Source: Octopus sinensis (Eukaryota). Taken from it: DNA of 64,000 nt. Position 1 is the stretch's first letter, and every line of letters starts with the position of its first letter. The DNA lies in contig NC_043007.1 of NCBI RefSeq assembly GCF_006345805.1, forward strand, positions 5,704,001-5,768,000. The letters run 5' to 3'. Position numbers and translations under genes: made by a program. The notes under the pieces are model-generated. The model made no database searches. It saw only the letters and a program-made list of their open reading frames with translations, and was not told where the DNA came from. Shown piece by piece: positions 40,154-52,094 of this stretch.

Positions 40154-40189
40154 CTTTCTGTAGAAGAGCGTAGGCTCGAAACGTAAAAG
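40154..40189 (+). ncRNA. Candidate minimal hammerhead ribozyme, core variant CUGUAGA
   Basis: Stem I CTTT/AAAG, core CTGTAGA plus A, stem II GAGC-GTAG-GCTC, GAAA, palindromic ACGT stem III, GUA triplet. Lies inside repeat 40105-40262. Confidence 0.55.
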
Positions 40190-41334
40190 ACTTTTTCTGT
40201 TCCTGAGTGTTATACTAATACATCTGTTTGTTTTGTACACCACCTGTCTTCGTCTTTGTTGCAAAGATTTTACGTTACATATGAAATATGGTAAGATCTT
40301 AGTTATAGTTTTCCACGCGGATGACGTCTCTGAGTAATTAACCTCAATGTTTCCTTCAGTTCTTTTGCTTTTTAATTATGTATTCAATCTTTTTGAAATC
40401 AAATGAACTGCAGTTGTTTCTCTGTAGAAGTTCTTAACGATTTGCTTATTGTTTTGTTTTAATCTCGTAAAATATGGCTTTCCTCATTTTCATTGTAATA
40501 ACATTGAAAGGCTTTCTCTGCAAGCAAAGGATTAATATGTATTATCATCACAAACATGTTATATTTACATCCAAACACATAGTATTCAGTGAGGCAAAGA
40601 GTATTGCCAAACATTCGCTGAAGTGAGTTATTCAGCTCGTCCTAACAAACGAACTGTTTTCGAGTACCTTTTATTTAAATCAACGGAGACACTTTCATAC
40701 TCACTTTGTACTTGCTACATTTTGTGATATTACTTCTTTAAGAAGTTAGAATAAAATATTCTAAGACTGAAATACATGATGAGAGTCCTACAAATAAGAT
40801 GCTTCTAATACCCAGCTTTTCTTTTCTTTATTCATTTTAATCAGATTTAATTTTCACATTCAACACATGTCTTAATTTGTACACAACTTTCTAAAGTAGT
40901 GTTCTAATTCTTTTCATTCATTCTTTGCCGTCTGAATTCATCCATCGCATTTTAATGTATTCAGAATTTTATCTCACTGTCGTAACACGAAAAGGCATTT
41001 CATTTCTTTATTGAAAAGAATACGGAGAGAAAAAATAATTTTCATTCCGTTTATTTTTTCCTCAGACAAATACTTATCCTTGCGTACATTAACAATTAGT
41101 TCTCAGTCAGACTTATACAAAGTCCAGGACTGCTATTTTCTGCCGTTTACTTTCTTTGAATTCATAATTTCCACCATCTAAAAAACATTTTTGTCAATGC
41201 AATCAATAATATTCTTTCCAGATTTTAGCCGAGTTTACGTAAAGAAAAACAAACCGTTGTTGCAAAAGAACGGTATCACTTCTCAGATGTATGGAACTTT
41301 TATTTCAAATATCCTTGGGAGATGTATGAATACC

Positions 41335-41564
41335 TATTTCTTTATTACCCACAAGGGGTTAAACACAGAGGGGACAAACAAGGACAGACATAGGTATTAA
41401 GTCGATTACATCGAGCCCAGTGCGTAACTGGTACTTAATTTATCGACCCCGAAAGGATGAAAGGCAAAGTCGACCTCGGCGGAATTTGAACTCAGAACGT
41501 AACGCAGACGAAATACCGCTAAGCATTTCGCCCGTCGTGCTAACGTTTCTGCCAGCTCGCCGCC
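41335..41564 (-). mobile_element. SINE family A monomer
   Basis: Reverse complement of the 751-981 family. Confidence 0.9.
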
Positions 41565-41868
41565 TCAATACCATACACTCTCATGTCCCTACGACTGTAA
41601 ATCTAAGGTTGTGTATTTTGCTAGTAAAATTACTAAATTACTTGTAGTGCTCTTATGTGTACAGCTGTGACGCAAAGCATTCCAACCGCGACAATCCTCT
41701 TCGATTTTTTAACTTTCATATAGACTCTATGGGTATGTGAGTACATTATCCAAAATGTCATTCCTTTTATAATATTGGACAGAATGATTTTAGAGGAGAT
41801 TAGCCGCTATTTCTAATTCCCAATTACATTTCAATTTTAAATTCTCATTGTTTTATTCAAACTACTAT

Positions 41869-41907
<39 letters not shown>

Positions 41908-41939
41908 CGCCACCACCACTACTACTACTATGATTATGC

Positions 41940-42180
41940 AAGTGGGGCCCAGTTGGAATTCTCTTCAGGTTGAGTAGCCCATTCCGCTCCAAACATCCCT
42001 GGATAATGTTTGTCTAAGGATGATGAACAAAACACCCATGTTTTCAGAGATGAATTATTCAAACTCCAAAGAATCCCTCTCAACTCATGCCTGAGATGCT
42101 CCCCCACAACTTCTGCTCATGATCAGAGATGCACATATTGTCAGCCACTAAGCGACATGCTCAACGGATAAAGGTCAACG
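41940..42180 (-). mobile_element. Interspersed repeat fragment, family E
   Basis: Homologous to 24717-24960 and extends further. Confidence 0.6.
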
Positions 42181-43589
42181 GATAAAGCTCACCCTCAATA
42201 CGATAAATACCTGATATTTAAAATAAAATCTGTTAATTTCCCTTATACTTTTTTTTACAGAAAAATTTATTTAGTAATTGTAGGGTTAAAATCATTATGT
42301 TGGTTTTCTATTGAATTGGAATATAAAGAAAATACTGCAGGTGAGAGGTGTAAATTGTCCCATTCGGCCAACAAAATAACACTTATTGAATTATTTTCTC
42401 GCCTGCATGACATTTGCAAGCTTCCATTATGAAATTAAACAAAACACAAGACTAGAAGCATATTGTTTTCCCAATAATCTGTGTATATTTGTGATGTATT
42501 TTCAATTGTAGATGTATGTGCGCACATGAGTATGTGGGTTTCCATGTATTTGTTTCTGCTGCTGGCTGTATGTAGATGCTTGCATCAATGCGCATGCGTA
42601 GCATCTTTCTCAATTCTAATAAATGCATTTATAAGTTTGATTACAAGACAAAAAATATATAAATGTATTTTACATTTCCTCTTCTAGGTTTCACAATAAA
42701 TAGAAGCAAGAAAACTATGAAATGCAAATGACAAAGGAACTTCCATAGAACGCTGGCTATTCTTTAATTTATTGTGTTGCAGACAGAATTCTATCTTGAT
42801 TAACGCCAGGTTTGAGGACTAAATCAAATAGAGAACAATTTGTGTCATGGGATTTTCCTAACATACTTGTCCGATATTAACTTGCTTTTATTACCTCCAT
42901 CAACTTAGAGACATTCCTTTTATTAAATACGATATTGCTTTCGAGTTCTTTTATTTTACCGTTTTGCATTCAGGTGATTGTTTTCAAATCGAATCAGAAA
43001 TTTTGGTGGATTTAAATTTTAAAATTTGATATATTTAATGTATGATGCTTTTTATTTTGAGTCTTATCTTTGTTGAACTTTACCGAAAACGGCTGCCAAG
43101 ACTTTATTCTGAACCAAGGAGAGAATACTTGTAACTGGATAATCTCCGTCAAAGGAAGGTCGAAATCAAACGGTGGGGGTCAACCGGAGGACGGGGTACA
43201 TCTACAACCCAAAGACAAGAACGGTCTCTTTGATTCCTCCCAATTACAGTTTACCAAACTTCAAATTTCACTTACAAGATGAACACATGACAATAATAAG
43301 GGAAATAAACTTGTCAAAGATGTTTGCGTTGAAAGTTCAACTTGAAGACAATTTGCAGTCAGTGAACAAATTAATCAAGATTCCTGCACCACTTACAAAG
43401 CTTCACCATTATTAATATAATATTATCAGACTAAACAATATCTTTCAGAATGCTTACTGCTTTATGTTTCTCTTTCTTTATCACAGAATTTACCATTTTC
43501 TTTTACTCTAATATCCAAATGCTTATTTGGCAACGTTTGTTACATCTGTGGTATATATCTTGAATCAGCCACCTGCCCCAAATTGATGG

Positions 43590-43652
<63 letters not shown>

Positions 43653-43725
43653 TGTGTGTGTGTATGTGTGTGTACGTATGTGTGTATGTATGTATGTATG
43701 TATGTATGATGCATGTGTGTATGTC

Positions 43726-43768
<43 letters not shown>

Positions 43769-44240
43769 TTAAGTCTTGAAAAAATTACAAAAATCTATTC
43801 CAGGTGAGACTCCGATCGATAAAGCCGTGGGAACGTGCATTTATACGCGCAAGTACATCAGCTTTTGCGATCGATACTACGCGTACGCGAGGAAAATGCA
43901 CGTGCAGTTTGGCAAAAAAGCCGGCTGGCTTGAAATAATGTCACAAAATGCAGTATATTTAAGAGACCAAAAAAGTAAGATGCAAAAGAGATATTTTCTT
44001 CAAACTTGGCATGAAGGAAGGAAAGACTATTTGGTTTCTCAAGAAGTTGTTTTTTTTTACCTTAACTTCGTTTAACAAAACCAAAAATTTTATTGAATAA
44101 ATTTACTTCTTATTTTTCAAGATATTTGAATGTTAAAAAATTATAGTGTTATTTTCATTTTTGCGTAATCTAGATATCATTTACAGACGCACACACTCAC
44201 ACACAAACATATGCATACATATATATACATACATACATAT

Positions 44241-44317
<77 letters not shown>

Positions 44318-44324
44318 AATGAAA

Positions 44325-44760
44325 ATAGGACAAGGTAGAAATGCTAAAATAATTTTATCTTGAAGAACATTTTAGTGCCGGTTTCAGATTTTGCGACTCT
44401 TTCAACTTAGAGCAAAACATGAAAAACAATTAAATTGGAGGAAAATTAAATGAAATGTTTTCAAAAATATTTCCTTTGTTTTCTAATACATGGGACATTT
44501 TCCTTTTTTTCTGTCTGTCTGTCTCGCTCTTTTATTTTTGTGAAGGCTCGGTAGGTAGGTAGTAGCAGATCTGAAGAAATATTTAACATGAGGGATGTGG
44601 GTTCTTGGGTTTGATTGTTTAAGCATCAGTAGCTGAGGAAGGAGACGGCGAAGAAGAAGAAGAGAAGAAGAAGAAGAAGAAGAAGAAGAAGAAGAGTGAG
44701 TAGGAAAAGAAAGGAAAGAATAAGAAAAAGACGGGTGTTATATAACAGTAGTAGGTTGTT
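44325..44760 (-). mobile_element. Penelope-like 3' flank fragment (second copy)
   Basis: Homologous to 27435-27800, including the (GAA)n tract. Confidence 0.6.
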
Positions 44761-44781
44761 TGTGGAGTCCTCTTATATATA

Positions 44782-45045
44782 CCGGGTGCGGTTAATAAAC
44801 TGTCGTCTAAATTCGGTCTTCCATAGGGTCTTCGATACGGTCTTCTAGCAGCCACCATCTTGACCCAGGGCAACACTACCTCCTACAGGTACTTGATATA
44901 GGCCACCCTTTTGAGTCTGAGGCTGTGTGGAAAAATGGATGGAGGTATGATGACACCATCACTTGTGATCACTCCAAACACCATGAGGTTGACTGGATGC
45001 TCGCTTTTTATCCCTCTCGGTACATGTCCTCATATGGCACTGTCC
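44782..45045 (-). mobile_element. Tc1/mariner (maT/DD37D-like) internally deleted remnant with terminal repeat
   Basis: Translates KSEHPVNLMVFGVITSDGVIIPPSIFPHSLRLKRVAYIKYL*EVVLPWVKMVAARRPY. The terminus TA|CCGGGTGCGGTTAATAA has a TA flank. Confidence 0.7.
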
Positions 45046-45224
45046 TCAAATTAACACACAGCCACTCTCAAATATTCGCATTGCTGATTCTGTCGCTTCC
45101 AAATTTCTGGCAGAGTAAATTGCATCATGCTTCTGTTTTTCTTATAGATGGTGAGATATGTATGTATGCATGTATGTATGCATTTATTTATCTATCTCTC
45201 TATCTATTTATATATATATATGTA

Positions 45225-45793
45225 TATATTTATCAAAAGAAAAACAGGATGCAAAGGATTTAGCGGTACATATGTCTCTGGCTTTATTGGACAGTTTATA
45301 TCAATGCATAATTGATGTAACATGTATGTCAATAGCCTTCTTCAGCCGCGCACAATTACCACACCAAAGACATGTATTACATTATAGCAGGTTTGAGAAG
45401 AAGTTTGGGAAAAAGACGAGTTACGTTGGGGATGCAAATCCTCATAGTCGTACATAGCAAAGCGAGACACCAAAACAAAACGTCCGTACCGTTTTTTCAC
45501 TCGGTATAGAGTGAAGAGTGAAAAAACGGTACGGACGTTTTGTTTTGGTGTCTCGCTTTGCTATGTACGACTATGAGGATTTGCATCCCCAACGTAACTC
45601 GTCTTTTTCCCAAACTTCTTCTCAAACCTGCTATAATGTAATACATGTCTTTGGTGTGGTAATTGTGCGCGGCTGAAGAAGGCTATTGACATACATGTTA
45701 CATCAATTATGCATTGATATAAACTGTCCAATAAAGCCAGAGACATATGTACCGCTAAATCCTTTGCATCCTGTTTTTCTTTTGATAAATATA
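45225..45793. repeat. Perfect palindrome: 278-bp arms, 13-nt spacer
   Basis: 45225-45502 is the reverse complement of 45516-45793; the ORF track shows identical peptides on opposite strands. Confidence 0.95.
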
Positions 45794-45883
45794 CCCTATC
45801 ACCTACTCCACTAACTGGCATATACAGGTGCTTACAGTTATCAAGTATTCACCCTGAATTTTTATATATGTATATATATATAT

Positions 45884-45926
<43 letters not shown>

Positions 45927-46236
45927 GTATGCATGTATGTATGTATGTATGTATATATCCATATGTCCATATCGACATGCGCGGCGCTTAATAGTTTCTT
46001 TACAAAATGCTTCTACATTCCCAAAAGCTATAAGAAGGCGCAATCTGTCGTCAGTGATAATTTTACTTTAACGGTTTAGAGCGCTCAGCCGGAATTTGAG
46101 AGGAGCGGGATTTGATTCCCACGCAGGCTCGCTGGCCGCTTTTACTCATCTTATAAAAGGTATTTACCCAATTCTCTAAGATATCCTGACAACCTTCTTG
46201 AGTTCGTGAATTTCTTTATTCTCTTTCATTCTTTCT

Positions 46237-46280
<44 letters not shown>

Positions 46281-46908
46281 ATATATATATATATGTGTGT
46301 GTGTGTGTATGTGTATGTGTGTGTAGTATGTTCTGTAGTGTGAAGAAACTCCGAGAAATAATATACAGCACCGTTTATAATTACAATAAAAGGTCAAAGG
46401 TCACCTCGATTAGGTAAATTTCTACAAACGAAACACCCATCTCTTCTCAACGTAGGATAATCACTCGTTGATTTTATGTACAGTATTAGTTGAAGAATTT
46501 CCAGTTGGGCCATTTCCCTTATGGGAATAATGGTTTACTAGTTAGTAGGTTCAAGGACAAACATTTACTATCTCTAAAAATAATTCTGTTTGCCACGCAT
46601 CTCTCTGTTTAATTGTGCATATGTTAATTAACTCAACCTAAAAATATCAACCGCTATCTTAATCTTACCATTTATATATTATAAGATACAAAATTGGGCA
46701 TATATATATATATATATATGTATATATATGTGTATATATATATATATAATATATGTGTGTATATATATATTAGTATATATATATATATCTATATATAGAT
46801 ATATATATATATATACAATATGTCTAAAATGTTGTACAGCACGATCCAGCCTTAAGGTTCAGCCACATTTAAGTGTTAAATATACTTCACGATATCTATA
46901 TATATATG

Positions 46909-46939
<31 letters not shown>

Positions 46940-46947
46940 ATATATTA

Positions 46948-46980
<33 letters not shown>

Positions 46981-47472
46981 ATATATATATATATATATGT
47001 TTATTTATATATGTATATACAGAGTGAAGTGGGAGAAAGAGAGAGAGACGGGAGAGAGAGATTTATCCCAAATGTAGGTACGTGTATATTACAGTTTAAT
47101 TAAATACATTTCAATATTCGTAGTTAAGGGCTCCTTATCTCATCATAATTATTGCTCCTGGTGAATACAATGTAGATAGATGCTGGCGAAGTTTCAGAAT
47201 GTCATGCAACGTTCCCATTTGAAAAGGTGAAGACGAGGAATATATTTAGAAATTTATAATAGCAGTTTTGGACTCTGTTCGTTCTATTTTGGACAGAGGA
47301 ACCTTCCACACAAGCTTTGAATGCCTGGATGTGTGTCTATATGTGTATTTGATACAGGTGTCTTGCACTTACAAATGATAGGATGGAATTAATATCTGTA
47401 TATGAATTAATGATTTCACCCCAACAAATACACACACACACACACTCACTCGAACCCACACGCACGCACGCA

Positions 47473-47519
<47 letters not shown>

Positions 47520-47979
47520 TATTAGCAATGCTTCTGTTGTTTAATTAAGCGTTTCCGAGTTTTCTTTTAGTCTTGTCTTGGCCAAATTTAAATGACCCTT
47601 AATTTCATCTCTTCATTACAACGATAATTGCTATCACCTTGTTTTCTACATTAATCCTGTTAGCCTATTGTCAGCCGTGTTGACTGCGTCTGTTGATATT
47701 TTTCTCTTTCTGCAACTACGTATAACTGTTTTTCTGTAAGTGTACATTATCTATGCGCAAGTGCGCGCACACAAGCTCACAGACAATACACACAAATATA
47801 AATATATAAATATGTTGTGTGTGTGTGTGTGTTTGTTTGCTGGTCCCAGCATGGCATCACAAAGCAAACAAAAATTGCTGTGTACCGTGCATGTGTACTG
47901 GCATCGCTCCTATACTACTGTTAGACACGGACCCTTTACAAACGTCATGTAAGGGTGTTTGAATGCTTTTATCAGAGAT

Positions 47980-48440
47980 GTTTCAGACACATTCTGAATG
48001 GTGGCTGGACCTTAAAAACCACAGACTCACAAGTCCTGAGGACAGCTGATATCTTGAGTATTGAGGCGATGGTGCACAGCACCAATTACGTTGGCCTGGA
48101 CATCTTATTAGAATGAAGGACAGCAGGGTCCCTAAGCAGATGTTATATGGAGAACTTGTTAATGGAAAGGGACTCCGGCGGAAACCAGGACTGCTATTTA
48201 AGGACTGTGACAAATCCTCATTAAAAGCCTGCGATATTCCGGAGACTGACTGGGAGATTAATGCCTGTCATTGCCACAGATGGACGAAGCGGGTTAAGGA
48301 GGGTTTCGACACCTTTGAGAGAGCACGTCTTCTGTATGAAGAACTTAAGCGTGCTGCTCGAAAGTGCTTTGCTGGTGTAGGAAATGGGGAAAGCTTGGTC
48401 TGCAATGTTTACAGTCGTGTAAGATGGTCAAGAGCAGAAA
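47980..48440 (+). mobile_element. RTE LINE C-terminal fragment
   Basis: Translates LRWPGHLIRMKDSRVPKQMLYGELVNGKGLRRKPGLLFKDCDKSSLKACDIPETDWE. Confidence 0.85.
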
Positions 48441-48774
48441 ATGCAAAATATAAGTTAGTCCTAAAATGTTTGTTTCCCGACCACATAGTTCGGGGTTCCA
48501 CCAGGTTAGCTTCTTTGTTCTCCGCCTTGAAGAAGGAGGCTGGGTGTTGTCCAGCGTTTGCTTGATTTCTTTATTGGTTGTGAATTTTTGGTGAACTCAG
48601 GTCTCCCAGAAACAGCTGTTGCGCTCATAACACCATACCTTTTCCCCGCTAAGCCTATACAAGCTGAATAAATAAATAAATATATATATATATATATATT
48701 CTTTTATCCTTTTATATGTTTATGATGGTCACTTCCATCAATTTCAACGTATGAGTTTCGAAGAAGAGAATTTT

Positions 48775-48831
<57 letters not shown>

Positions 48832-48984
48832 TAAAAATAAAAGATCAAAAGCAGCTGCATCCACCCGCGATGGATTCTTCAACTCAAATTGTTTTTATGC
48901 ATCCTGACACATTTTACGCGACGCAGATCGATCGCGGCAATGACTTTCCCAAGATGTCAAGTTAAGTTGTTGAGATTTTAGTGA

Positions 48985-49230
48985 TTGCTGCGACTTATTA
49001 TTTTACCCAAGGACAGGTCTTCCTTTACCACGATATCCCTCCACTTGTTGGCCATAATTGAACTCTCTTTGGTATGCGATCGTCTTTCATTCGAACAACC
49101 TACTCTACCCAGCTGTACTAAATTCTCAGCAGCTTTAGATACAGGAGCCGATTACATTCTTCTAAGATTTTGATATTTGGTCTTTGATCTTGGTCCTCGA
49201 TAAAGATTTCGGAATGTAAGTTCAAACCTT
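48985..49230 (-). mobile_element. Highly decayed RTE-type C-terminal fragment
   Basis: Minus strand contains RMKDDRIPKRVQ. Confidence 0.45.
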
Positions 49231-49319
49231 TTGAGCGCGTAATGGTGTTTCCTATATGGAGATTCTCTCGATCTCATATGTTGCTTCTCTCTCTTCTTCT
49301 CTCCCTCTCTCTCTTTCTG

Positions 49320-50130
49320 GCCAGAAGCTGGTGTCCAAAGGGATGGTCGGCAGCCAAGGTCAATTAAACTATCCTCTTCATTAGATGCAGATGGAGTGTT
49401 GTGGAATAGTGCATATGGCCTGACGCGGCTCACAAAGCTATCACTATCAGCATGAGTCTGAAATTCGTTACTGGATGGAGTGGGGGGTGAAGTGCAGAAC
49501 TTTACTGAGAAGCGAGCGCTCAGTATCAGAGAAGGGAAGATCAGGAGGAATGCTAACAACAGACTGAAGTGGGGAGGGGTGGATGGATTAGATGTGGGAG
49601 GGGTTGGGCAGTGGAATGCTTGGAGGGGGAGAGGTGGAGTAAGTGCATGGGGGAGTTGGAGTAACGGAAGGGTGGGGGTGAGTATGAGGGGAAGTGTATC
49701 GGGAGGGGTGGGTGTTGTGGCGTCGACTGGGACAGAAGGAAGGAGTGAGTGGAGTATATGTTGTTTAATGCGAGAGAGGAACTCGTGAAAAGATGATTTA
49801 AATGGATTAGGAAGCTTAGAGTAGAATGTGCAACGGAATGTGAAAGACAGAAGAAAAAGGTGGAATACGCGAGAGGGAGAAGGCGGTCAAGGGTGTGTAT
49901 TTTTGGGAGATTAGAACGAATGGTGGCACGCATTAAGTGGTAGGAAGTAGTACGGAATACGGGTAGGATGGCAGAAGTAGAGTGGAAAGTGGGGTGGAAA
50001 TGGAGGCGGAAATCTTTGGGGATGAAGTGGGGGTGAAGGCAGCGACTGAGAAAGGAAACTTGTCTACAGAAGCGAGAACTTTTAAAATTCTGTAAGGAAA
50101 GATTAATAGAAAATTGAAAGCAGCTGAAAG
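49320..50130 (-). mobile_element. Penelope-like element N-terminal ORF fragment
   Basis: Translates VSFLSRCLHPHFIPKDFRLHFH ... SIPPDLPFSDTERSLLSKVLHFTPTP...DSDSFVSRVR, resembling the PLE pre-RT L.KGL.F.PT...D...F.RR.R region. Confidence 0.6.
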
Positions 50131-50770
50131 GATGCGTTGAAAGGTGTTTCTTTAAGCGGTGGTGAAGGTGGAGGAAGAATGATTTGTAATCGGGCAAGCT
50201 GGAAAAAGGAAAAATAAAAGAAAGAAAAAAGAATAAAGGAAGAAAAAGAGAGAGAAAGGCAAAGTAATAACGTAGAGAGTATGAAAGTACAAAAGTTCAA
50301 AAGTCGTGAAGAGAAGGAAAAACAGGAGAAAGGAGAGAAAAGGAGAGGAAAAGAAGAAACTAAGACGAAATGAAGAAGAAAAGGAGAGAGAAAGACAATG
50401 TAATAACGTAGAGAGTATGAAAATCAGAAAATTGAAAACGGTTTGAAGAAAATAACGATCTTATCTATTTCCAGCATGTTGGAGCTGTTCCTCTCCCCTC
50501 AACTATAATTATATACATTTTATATATACATTTATATTAAGCCTTACCTGTATGGTTTCTATTACATGCTGGCCACTGATAACTTCGTTATTTTTATAAT
50601 GATTTTATCCTTATTTGTGTATAAATAAATAAGGATCACTCCGATCACGATATTCACTGCAGCGTTATTTTGATCAAAAATGCACAGGTGAGATGAATAA
50701 TTAGATTGGCCACGGGTATACATATGAATATATGTATACATACGTATGTATATGTAAGTATTTGTATGGG

Positions 50771-50815
<45 letters not shown>

Positions 50816-50885
50816 ATAATAATGCAATACGAATGTATTACTTTCCAGTAAAATATAGCCCATAAGGGTAAAATTATACATATAA

Positions 50886-51332
50886 AAGTAGATAAATGGT
50901 ACAACAAGGCACCAATATTTACTGGAAAATAGCAATCGTAATAAATACGACGCTATTGTATAGCTTCACTGCGTATATACAAGCAAAGACGCGTGTGTTC
51001 AGCAAACATGAAAAGCAATTTGTCTTACCTCTAGGAAGAACATTCGATAAATGGACAACCTAGAATCGGATAATGCAGGACCGGTTTCTGACTCTTCAAA
51101 TACGTTTGACAACGTAAATTTGATTAGTCTTCATCAGCTGCATTTACCTCGACAAAATTCTAGGTTTGTCCATTTATAAGATTACCTTGAGGTAAGACAA
51201 TTTTTTTCATGTTTGTTGCACACACGCGTCTTTGCTAGTACATACGCAGTGAAGGTATACAATAGCGTCGTATTTGTATCGATTACTATTTTCCAGTAAA
51301 TATTGGTGCCTTGTTGTACCATTTATCTACTT
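50886..51332. mobile_element. 447-bp element with ~180-bp imperfect terminal inverted repeats (MITE-like or foldback)
   Basis: 50886-51066 vs 51157-51332: the outer 47 nt are identical and the remainder is imperfect. The ~90-nt spacer holds a hammerhead motif. Confidence 0.85.
51072..51144 (-). ncRNA. Minimal type I hammerhead ribozyme
   Basis: Minus strand AATGCAG-CTGATGA-A-GACT..CAAA..TACGTT-GTCA-AACGTA-TTTG..AGTC-A-GAAA-CCGG-TC-CTGCATT: 7-bp stem I, canonical core, extended stem II, ACCGGT palindromic stem III, GUC cleavage triplet. Confidence 0.75.
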
Positions 51333-51334
51333 AT

Positions 51335-51378
<44 letters not shown>

Positions 51379-51384
<6 letters not shown>

Positions 51385-51545
51385 TGTTGTGTCTGGGGAG
51401 AGTCATTTTCTTTTGTGCCTTATAATATAACACACTCACCGGTAAAATTTCCTCTGTCTTTTTAGCTTCCTAAAATTTTACCGGTGAGTGTATTATATTA
51501 TAAGGCACAAAAAGAAAATGACTCTCCCCAGACACAACAGAATAT
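51379..51545. repeat. Foldback inverted repeat: ~72-bp arms, 22-nt spacer
   Basis: 51379-51450 vs 51473-51545, with one mismatch and one 1-nt indel. Confidence 0.9.
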
Positions 51546-52094
51546 GCTTCAACACACGAACTCATATAAAGAATCTTGCAAACCAAATCCCAAAACGAAA
51601 TACATATATATATATAATTTGTATTAAAGTATTGCTTTGGTATATTCTACTGACGAAGTGACGAAGACAGGGTAATTTTTATTGCTAAGCTAGAAATCAT
51701 TCGATTTAGGATTAACCTCTGGAAAATTTTGCTAAATCTCTTTTATTCATTCCCTCGCTTTCTGCCAAGTGCTAGATGGAGTGCCGGTGTGGTTTGTAGA
51801 GTCAATTGACGTCTGTTTCTAGCATGTTGGTGTTGTTTCTCAGTACCCTTAGTTATAATTACATCTATATAATTATGTGTGCGTGTGTGTGTGTATGTAT
51901 GCGTGTATGTATGTATGTATGTATGTATGTATGTATGTATGTATGTATGTATGTATGTATGTAGTATGTGTGTGTGTATGTATGTATGCATTGTATATTT
52001 GTATTAGTGGTATTTGTATTAATGCGTCACCAAATGACGTTTTTAAGTTGTATAACATCGTAGTAACGTATTTTTTTTCTGTAGTTTCAGCTCA

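Noticed and set aside
40705-40735. 31-nt minus-strand microexon candidate with a GTGAGT donor
   Set aside because: Weak and ambiguous AAAG acceptor, non-symmetric length and no linkable neighbouring exon.
42680-43040. Strong-looking plus-strand acceptors (CCTCTTCTAG, TTGCATTCAG)
   Set aside because: All frames stop within about 20 codons; a coding exon cannot be supported.
46040-46140. tRNA-like sequence (GGTTTAGAGCGCTC...GATTTGATTCCC)
   Set aside because: No complete cloverleaf; more likely a decayed SINE head. The SINE 5' ends elsewhere were likewise not called as tRNA genes.
48440-48565. C-terminal extension of ORF 48113-48565
   Set aside because: Read-through from the RTE fragment into unrelated flanking sequence; not a fusion gene.
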